A stretch of DNA of 64,000 nucleotides from Bacteriovoracia bacterium. GTDB lineage: Bacteria > Bdellovibrionota > UBA1018 > CAIPTA01. Below are positions 57,991-64,000 of this stretch, one piece after another (the first letter of the stretch is position 1; each line of letters starts with the position of its first letter). The stretch spans positions 256,001-320,000 of the forward strand of contig JBFWVL010000002.1 in NCBI GenBank assembly GCA_050246755.1. Reading direction: 5' to 3'. A model generated the notes under the pieces. It searched no databases, had not been told where the DNA came from, and saw only the letters and a list, made by a program, of their open reading frames with translations. The translations under genes were made by a program, and so were the position numbers.

Positions 57991-58451
57991 TTCGTTGCCT
58001 TCTGCTCTGTTTTCTTTTTTCGGCCCCCGTTTTTGCCGGCACCGACGATATCGAGAAAGATTTGCTCGATCTTCAGCAAAGCGTGGAAGGTGTTCTTCAC
58101 AAGTTCAATACCAGCTCCCGCGGCACCCCCGCGAGCCAGCTCGATGTGGCGCGCCGTAAGGTCTTCGCCCTCGCCGAAGACAAACAATTCCTCAAGGCCA
58201 TGAACGAACTATGGGCGAATCCCCACCGTAACCAATTGCTGATCGTGCAGGGAATTTTTTTCGCGGTGGTTTTTTTACTGAAAGCTTGGCGCCAAGCGAA
58301 GGCCGCGAATTGGTTCACGCGAATTTTTGTCGGACTATTTTTCAGCTTCATTACGTGGGGCGGTTTGCTTTACGTGATTCCCGCCGTAGTGCTCGGTGAG
58401 CCTTACCGGATTTTCGTGGGCACCATTTGGCGCGTGCTGGTCTCTTCCTAG
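57987..58451 (+). CDS. Hypothetical membrane protein
   Basis: Signal peptide plus C-terminal TM segments; GTGA overlap with ivd. Confidence 0.7.
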   Translation: MIRCLLLCFLFSAPVFAGTDDIEKDLLDLQQSVEGVLHKFNTSSRGTPASQLDVARRKVFALAEDKQFLKAMNELWANPHRNQLLIVQGIFFAVVFLLKAWRQAKAANWFTRIFVGLFFSFITWGGLLYVIPAVVLGEPYRIFVGTIWRVLVSS

Positions 58452-58972
58452 TTTTTTAGTTTCAGCGTGAAGCTTTCCCGTAAATGATAGTCGGGCTGCT
58501 GGCCCGCGTGATTCGTGGAATAAAAATGCGTAGCCTGGCTGGTGCGCAGGATTACGCAGAGGCTGGCCTCTAAAGCGTCTAGTTTATTTTTGCTGGTCAA
58601 GTGGCAGGTGAGCGAACTGGGATTTACTTCCAGCTTAGCAATGCGAAAATCGCCGCTTTCCTGGGGTGGAGCGGGCTTCCGATAATCCGAAAACTTATAG
58701 AGATTCCATTTCGGCTGGGTAGGAGAAAGATTCAGCTCCCAGTAGCCAGCTTCACCGGGAATGCCCCAGAAAGCTTCGAAACAGGTGGTATGCCATAGAC
58801 CATCGGCGCGAAAAAGGTCCCGTTCGGTATGAATGGCCAGAGAATCGAGTACCAGATGCCGAGGGTCCGCGAGCTGAAATTTCAAGGTAAGATTTTGGAG
58901 GCCGGTGAGTTCGATTTTTCCTTCCACGCCGATGGGTTCCGAATGCGCGTGGAATGGAAAAAGAGGCTGCAT
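58448..58972 (-). CDS. DOMON-like domain protein
   Basis: RADGLWHTTCFEAF...YWELNLSP..WN.Y.F..YR...PDYH. Confidence 0.75.
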   Translation of the reverse strand: MQPLFPFHAHSEPIGVEGKIELTGLQNLTLKFQLADPRHLVLDSLAIHTERDLFRADGLWHTTCFEAFWGIPGEAGYWELNLSPTQPKWNLYKFSDYRKPAPPQESGDFRIAKLEVNPSSLTCHLTSKNKLDALEASLCVILRTSQATHFYSTNHAGQQPDYHLRESFTLKLKN

Positions 58973-59055
58973 GAGAAAATGGTATGGTGATGGCAAGAAT
59001 TGGTCAAATCATGGAATTTAACGCACCGCTTGGCCGGCCAAGCTTCATTCCAAAG

Positions 59056-60402
59056 TTATTCCATATAAGGGCGCATTAAATCCCGCGCCGAAATTTTTGC
59101 GCCGAGCACGGCCAGAAACGTAAACATCCCGATCATTTTGCGATCCAGAAAAACCACTTCCCGCGGAGGTGCCCTCAGGGGAAACTTCTTCACGATCTTC
59201 CAGCTCAGTCCCGAAACACGTTTGGGCAAATCGCTGCCCTTCCAGTCATAAGCCCCATCCAGCGCGAAAGGCTCCACGAGGGCCGCGCAAAGTTCGTAGA
59301 ACATATCCTTAAGCTCCTGGGGATCGTCTTCGTGCAGCACGCCCATCGCCAGCGCACCCTTTTCGAAGTCGGCACGGATGTGGTGGAAGAGGCCGGAAAG
59401 CATATGGCGATAGCGGCGCATGAAATCGGGAGAAATCTCGCGAACGGCGCCGTAGTCGTAGAGCACCAGCTGGTCTTTGTCTTTTCCTAGGCGCACGCGG
59501 TAATTTCCAAAATGTGGATCCGTCTGCATTTTGTTCCACACGAATAGTTCTTTTAGGTAGAGCTCCATGGCATTGGCGGCCAGAGCATTGCGGCGTTCCT
59601 GCGAAAGCGCGGCTACTTCTTCCGAGTCCACCGCGATTCCCGGCTCAAAGCTCATCGCAATCACGCGCTTGGAGCTGAATTCTTCGATGGGCCGCGGGAG
59701 AACGTAGCGCGGATCACCTTTTAGTAATTTATGAAATACTTCCAGCGTTTCCCGTTCGAGCTCGTAGTCGAGCTCGCGCTTGAGCATCGCGCGCACCTCG
59801 GCAAAAAGATCATCGGTGCCGGGAAGATTTGGGAGCCATTCCGAGATGGAGAGAATTTTTCTGAGGGCTTTCAGGTCCCCGTCGATCGCCTCGTCTACGC
59901 CCGGGTATTGCACTTTCAAAACGATTTCCTGCCCCGTTTTTAGGATCCTGGCACGATGCACCTGTCCCAAAGAAGCGGCGGCATATGCCTCCTCTTCGAT
60001 TTCCAGGAGCGCCATCCGCTCTTTACCCAGCTGCCGTACCAATACCTTGCGAATTTCTTCCCAGCGCAGGGGAGGTGAATCGCTCTGCAGCGACTTTAAA
60101 ATCTGGTTGGCTTCGGGCGGAAGGAAATGCTCCCCATAGACCGAAAGCATCTGTCCGGCCTTCATTAAGCTGCCTTTGAGTTTGCCCAATTCGGCGGTGA
60201 GCAGGGCCAATTGCTCCAAAACATAGGCTTGCTTTCGTATCTTTTGGGCGGCTTCGCTCTTTAAAATACCCCCCAGAGCGTGGCCAGCGGCCTTAGCTCC
60301 GGCCTGAAGGCCGAGTTTAGCCAGGGAAAAGGAGCGCGATACGGAACCCGTGGCGAGTCCGGAGAGCTTTTTCTGGGGTTTTGAGTGTTTCTTTGAGGCC
60401 AT
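59056..60402 (-). CDS. AarF/ABC1/UbiB-family atypical kinase
   Basis: LKGSLMKAGQMLS, AAASLGQVH, KVQYPGV, ELDY..E, QTDPHFGNY, DYGA. Start set at ATG 60402. Confidence 0.92.
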   Translation of the reverse strand: MASKKHSKPQKKLSGLATGSVSRSFSLAKLGLQAGAKAAGHALGGILKSEAAQKIRKQAYVLEQLALLTAELGKLKGSLMKAGQMLSVYGEHFLPPEANQILKSLQSDSPPLRWEEIRKVLVRQLGKERMALLEIEEEAYAAASLGQVHRARILKTGQEIVLKVQYPGVDEAIDGDLKALRKILSISEWLPNLPGTDDLFAEVRAMLKRELDYELERETLEVFHKLLKGDPRYVLPRPIEEFSSKRVIAMSFEPGIAVDSEEVAALSQERRNALAANAMELYLKELFVWNKMQTDPHFGNYRVRLGKDKDQLVLYDYGAVREISPDFMRRYRHMLSGLFHHIRADFEKGALAMGVLHEDDPQELKDMFYELCAALVEPFALDGAYDWKGSDLPKRVSGLSWKIVKKFPLRAPPREVVFLDRKMIGMFTFLAVLGAKISARDLMRPYME

Positions 60403-60573
60403 TCGACCCATTCTACTCCCATTTCTGAGAAATGTTTTCCTGATGCAATCGGGGGAGAAGAGCCGGCTAAAAAAGGGGCAAAAAAGCCTTCCCAGCCGCG
60501 TCATTTCGGAGTAAAAATCGGGGGTTCAAAGCCTAAGGTCGTTTTGCCTTATGCCCTTACTTAGGAGCCTTCC

Positions 60574-61470
60574 ATGTCGCAATCAACCCAATCCATCAAT
60601 CTGAAAACTGGCCTCGCCGAAATGCTCAAGGGCGGTGTGATTATGGACGTGATGAACGTGGAACAGGCGAAGATCGCCGAGCAGGCGGGCGCGGTGGCGG
60701 TGATGGCGTTGGAACGCATCCCGAGCCTGATTCGCAGCCAGGGCGGCGTGGCCCGCATGAGCGATCCCCTCATGATCCAAGAGATCATGAAAGTTTCTTC
60801 GATTCCGGTGATGGCCAAAGTCCGGATCGGCCACTTCGCCGAAGCGCAAATTCTCCAGGAACTCGGCGTGGATTTCATCGATGAGAGCGAAGTGCTCACT
60901 CCGGCCGACGAAGAAAATCATATCGATAAACACGCATTCAAAGTTCCCTTCGTTTGCGGCTGCACGGATCTCGGGGAAGCCCTCCGCCGTATCGGCGAAG
61001 GCGCGGCCCTGATTCGTACCAAGGGCGAGGCCGGCACTGGCAACGTGGTGGAGGCCGTGCGCCACATGCGCACCCTGATGCGCGAAATCCGCAAGCTAAC
61101 CACGATGGATGCCAGCGAGCTCTACGCCGAAGCGAAGCGCCTGCGTTCGCCTCTGGAGATCGTGCAGCTGGTGGCTAAAACCGGCAAACTCCCCGTGCCG
61201 AATTTCTCCGCCGGCGGCGTGGCCACTCCGGCCGACGCAGCCCTCATGCTCCAGCTCGGCGCCGAGACCGTGTTCGTAGGTTCGGGGATTTTTGCCGATG
61301 CGACCTCCGCCGAATCCGAGCGCCGCGCGAAAGCCATCGTAGCCGCCGTGGCCCAGCCGAATAATGCTGCCGCCCTGCTCGAAGCGTCCCGCGGACTGCC
61401 GCGCGCCATGACCGGCGTAGAGATGAAAGCAATTCCCGAGGAACAACGCCTTGCCCAACGCGGCTGGTAG
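60574..61470 (+). CDS. pdxS: Pyridoxal 5'-phosphate synthase lyase subunit
   Basis: [48 protein letters not shown]. Confidence 0.97.
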   Translation: MSQSTQSINLKTGLAEMLKGGVIMDVMNVEQAKIAEQAGAVAVMALERIPSLIRSQGGVARMSDPLMIQEIMKVSSIPVMAKVRIGHFAEAQILQELGVDFIDESEVLTPADEENHIDKHAFKVPFVCGCTDLGEALRRIGEGAALIRTKGEAGTGNVVEAVRHMRTLMREIRKLTTMDASELYAEAKRLRSPLEIVQLVAKTGKLPVPNFSAGGVATPADAALMLQLGAETVFVGSGIFADATSAESERRAKAIVAAVAQPNNAAALLEASRGLPRAMTGVEMKAIPEEQRLAQRGW

Positions 61471-62047
61471 GAAAATAGGCGTCCTGGCTCTCCAGGGTTG
61501 CGTGGAGCCCCACGCGAATCATTTGCGCAAGCTAGGCGCCGAGCCGGTTTATGTGCGCCTGCCTAAAGACCTCGATGGCATTGAAGGGCTTATTCTGCCG
61601 GGAGGCGAGAGCACCACGATGCTCAAGCTCGCCAAGCAATTCGATCTCTGGGAGCCGCTCAAAAAACGCGCCAGGCAAATTCCGTTCTGGGGAATCTGTG
61701 CCGGATCCATCCTTATGGCCGCGAAAGTGGAAAATCCTTCGCAGGAAAGCCTGGGCGTGATCGACCTCGAAGTAAGGCGCAATGCCTACGGCCGCCAGCT
61801 CGAGAGCTTTCAACAAAACCTGCAAACCGAAAATGGCCCGCAGCCGGCAGTTTTCATCCGGGCGCCGAAATTCTTAAGCTGGGGAAAAAGCGTAAAGGTG
61901 CAGGGCACGCTGAACGGCGACGCGGTTTTTCTCGGCGACGGCCACCATATGGTGACAGCGTTTCATCCCGAGCTGACCGATAATTCCTGGTTTCACGAAA
62001 AATTTTTGGCCGAAGTTTCCCGGAGCAATCATGAACAAGCAAAATAG
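61451..62047 (+). CDS. pdxT: PLP synthase glutaminase subunit
   Basis: [38 protein letters not shown]. Confidence 0.95.
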   Translation: MPNAAGRKIGVLALQGCVEPHANHLRKLGAEPVYVRLPKDLDGIEGLILPGGESTTMLKLAKQFDLWEPLKKRARQIPFWGICAGSILMAAKVENPSQESLGVIDLEVRRNAYGRQLESFQQNLQTENGPQPAVFIRAPKFLSWGKSVKVQGTLNGDAVFLGDGHHMVTAFHPELTDNSWFHEKFLAEVSRSNHEQAK

Positions 62048-62510
62048 CCTTTTGGTGCCCCTCATTTTCTTCCTTCCGATTTTTCTCTGGTCGGTGGCCG
62101 CGCGCGCCGGTGAAGCCGCGATCGAATGGCCCAGCCGAAACTCCAAGGTAGTTTGCGGCGGTACCGTAGACGACGAACCACTCGACCTGAAGGTTATGGC
62201 GGAAACCGCGATGCTGAAGGCCGTTTCAAAGAGCGACCGAGTTTTTCTCTTTATCGACCTGCATAAGCCCGGCCAGGTTCGCTTTCTCATGAACGACTCC
62301 CTTACCGACCAAGAGTTCGCGATGCGGGAGCAAATTTTGGCCAAGCTGAACCCCGCCGAAGCGGACTTAGTGAGTGCGCTTTTTGCGAATCGCCTTTCCG
62401 ATTTTTATACCGGTCTCACGGAAGGTTTCGTGCACCTCGTGACCGCGCAGGGTACGCGCACGCTCAACCTCAGCTGCCAAGAAGTGGCTCGCGCGGGCGA
62501 GAGCAAATAG
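62031..62510 (+). CDS. Secreted hypothetical protein
   Basis: Signal peptide ending ARA; two Cys. Confidence 0.65.
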   Translation: MNKQNSLLVPLIFFLPIFLWSVAARAGEAAIEWPSRNSKVVCGGTVDDEPLDLKVMAETAMLKAVSKSDRVFLFIDLHKPGQVRFLMNDSLTDQEFAMREQILAKLNPAEADLVSALFANRLSDFYTGLTEGFVHLVTAQGTRTLNLSCQEVARAGESK

Positions 62511-62604
62511 GCGCCGGCATTTTTTCCCGCCCCCAGGCTTCCAGCGACACATGACTAAATAATACGGGTTTGCAAAGCGGGGTGCCGTGGATTAAGAATA
62601 GGGG

Positions 62605-63756
62605 ATGACTAAAAAATTCCGGATTTTCCTGATTTTTGCCTCGGCTATAGGGCTCATGGCCAGCGCCCAGGCGGCCGAGCGTTCTTTTCTGCCGCGGGTC
62701 ACCGGCCTCAAGTTCCCTAATTCTGCAATGGAAGGCGCGCTTCCCGTTTCGGCCAGCGCGCTTATTCTGGATAAAGGTGAAAAATACTCCGGGTATACTG
62801 ATCTTTTGCCTTACGTATTGCTCTCGCCAGACCAAGAAGAGGCCGGAAGCTGCCTTTATATGACGTTAACGGGCATTGCCGAATGGAACCTGGCCCGCCT
62901 GCACCCTACGCTTTCCCGGGAACCCGAAGGGCCGCTAGATTTGAGCGAGCGTCACCTCATGAATATTGCGGGTGAAGCAGAAGAAAAGAACGGCGCGGCG
63001 AATTGGAAAACAGACTCTGTTTATTTGCTCAACGGAGCTCGAGGTTTATTCCGCAATGCTGACTACCGCTTCACGAAGGGGTGGTATAAATCCGGCGCCG
63101 ACGACGAAGCCGTGAAGGCGGTGGCCGGAGAGCCTGGCGCCGAATACGATGCCGGCTATAACTGGCTTGACGAACGCCCCACCGGCGCTTCTTTGGTGAG
63201 CCTGCCTAACTTTCACCGGGAAGTGCTATTCGCCGACCCTGAATCCAACCAGTGGAATACGGCCGTGATGCCGGCGGACATCGTGGACCGGATCAAAGCC
63301 GCTTTGCTCGAGAAAAAATCCCCGGTGCAGATCATCTATAACCACTTCGGTTACTGGCACTCGAATTTTATCGTGGGATTCGACGACGCGAAGCTAAATG
63401 ACAATTGTAGATTCGTGCGTGATTTTCTTGCGTACATGCAAGCGAGACCGGCGGAGCTACGCAAAGAAGCGGAAAATGAGGCGGATCCAAAGGAAAAGGC
63501 GCAACTACTGGCCAAAGCGCTGCGGGCCGAAAACGCCCACCGGCGCACTCGGGCCGCCTACGAAAAAGACGGCTGCCAGGGGAAAGGCGTATTCTATGTG
63601 CGCGACTCTATCTATCCCGATACCGAGGGACCGGTCTACGACTACGATCCCTCAACGAAGGGCGACGAGGGGTTCTATTCTAAGAAAATCGTGTTGCTCG
63701 AGTACGAATGGGTTCGTTATATGGGCAATCACGCCATTCAGATCCTAGCGGACTAG
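62605..63756 (+). CDS. Secreted papain-like (C1-related) cysteine peptidase homologue
   Basis: Signal peptide; DQEEAGSCLY (Q, C), LDLSE, WHSNFIVGFDD (H), FYVRDS. Confidence 0.65.
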   Translation: MTKKFRIFLIFASAIGLMASAQAAERSFLPRVTGLKFPNSAMEGALPVSASALILDKGEKYSGYTDLLPYVLLSPDQEEAGSCLYMTLTGIAEWNLARLHPTLSREPEGPLDLSERHLMNIAGEAEEKNGAANWKTDSVYLLNGARGLFRNADYRFTKGWYKSGADDEAVKAVAGEPGAEYDAGYNWLDERPTGASLVSLPNFHREVLFADPESNQWNTAVMPADIVDRIKAALLEKKSPVQIIYNHFGYWHSNFIVGFDDAKLNDNCRFVRDFLAYMQARPAELRKEAENEADPKEKAQLLAKALRAENAHRRTRAAYEKDGCQGKGVFYVRDSIYPDTEGPVYDYDPSTKGDEGFYSKKIVLLEYEWVRYMGNHAIQILAD

Positions 63757-63790
63757 GGTGCGTACCCGGTAGCGGTACCTCGTCTTTCTC

Positions 63791-63818
63791 TCAAATAAGC
63801 GCGGTCAATTGCCGATAA
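63791..63818 (+). promoter_or_regulatory. sigma28-type promoter, leaderless
   Basis: TCAAA-N15-GCCGATAA-N6-GTG. Confidence 0.68.
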
Positions 63819-63824
63819 AATATA

Positions 63825-64000
63825 GTGATTTATCGTCTGTTATTACTCGCCGCTTTCGCCATCTCTCCCGCTCTAGCGGCGGACCCACTTTGCGCAAAAG
63901 ATTTTAGCGCGATCATCAACAATACCAGCGAAGAGTTTTTGGCCAGAAGAATGGAACGTATTGTTCTAGAAGAAATTCCCGACAGCTACAAAATGGTGGA
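63825..64000 (+). CDS. Secreted protein, truncated by the window end
   Basis: Open from GTG 63825 to the edge: MIYRLLLLAAFAISPALAADPLCAKDF... with a signal peptide. Confidence 0.65.
   Translation, partial: MIYRLLLLAAFAISPALAADPLCAKDFSAIINNTSEEFLARRMERIVLEEIPDSYKMV

Noticed and set aside
60531-60567. CCTAAG...CTTAGG pairing that could occlude the pdxS SD
   Set aside because: It is only a 6-bp stem around a 22-nt loop, within chance expectation without covariation data.

Overview
Gene-dense, moderately GC-rich bacterial chromosome segment. The gene content suggests a Bdellovibrionota-like organism; this is inference from the fni-mvaA-PMK-mvaD-mvk mevalonate operon, the sigma28-type promoters and the many secreted orphan proteins. 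About 60 CDS can be supported, mostly housekeeping or metabolic: ppk1/ppx, mevalonate operon, oppA, dusB, clpPX, rpoZ, a SWIM-SNF2 ATPase, leuS, hppA, ndh, a desaturase, sthA, slyD, bcp, ivd, an ABC1 kinase and pdxST. I see no rRNA, tRNA, CRISPR array, transposase or integrase. The most interesting signals are: (1) an unannotated block at 37.1-43.6 kb encoding an outer-membrane beta-barrel, an EF-hand lipoprotein and an 18-Cys secreted helical protein, with a shared TGTC-N9-GACA palindrome and a sigma28 promoter; (2) a DUF3015 + DUF4105 (Lnb-like, barrel-tailed Cys/His enzyme) pair; (3) a candidate ~120-nt sRNA divergent from a LysR gene; (4) pervasive leaderless-gene architecture, including a symmetric bidirectional promoter that uses one -35 hexamer for both strands; (5) a Bacteroidota-type LeuRS; (6) a mevalonate operon without HMG-CoA synthase. 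All family calls are by motif recognition and recall; no database search was run.
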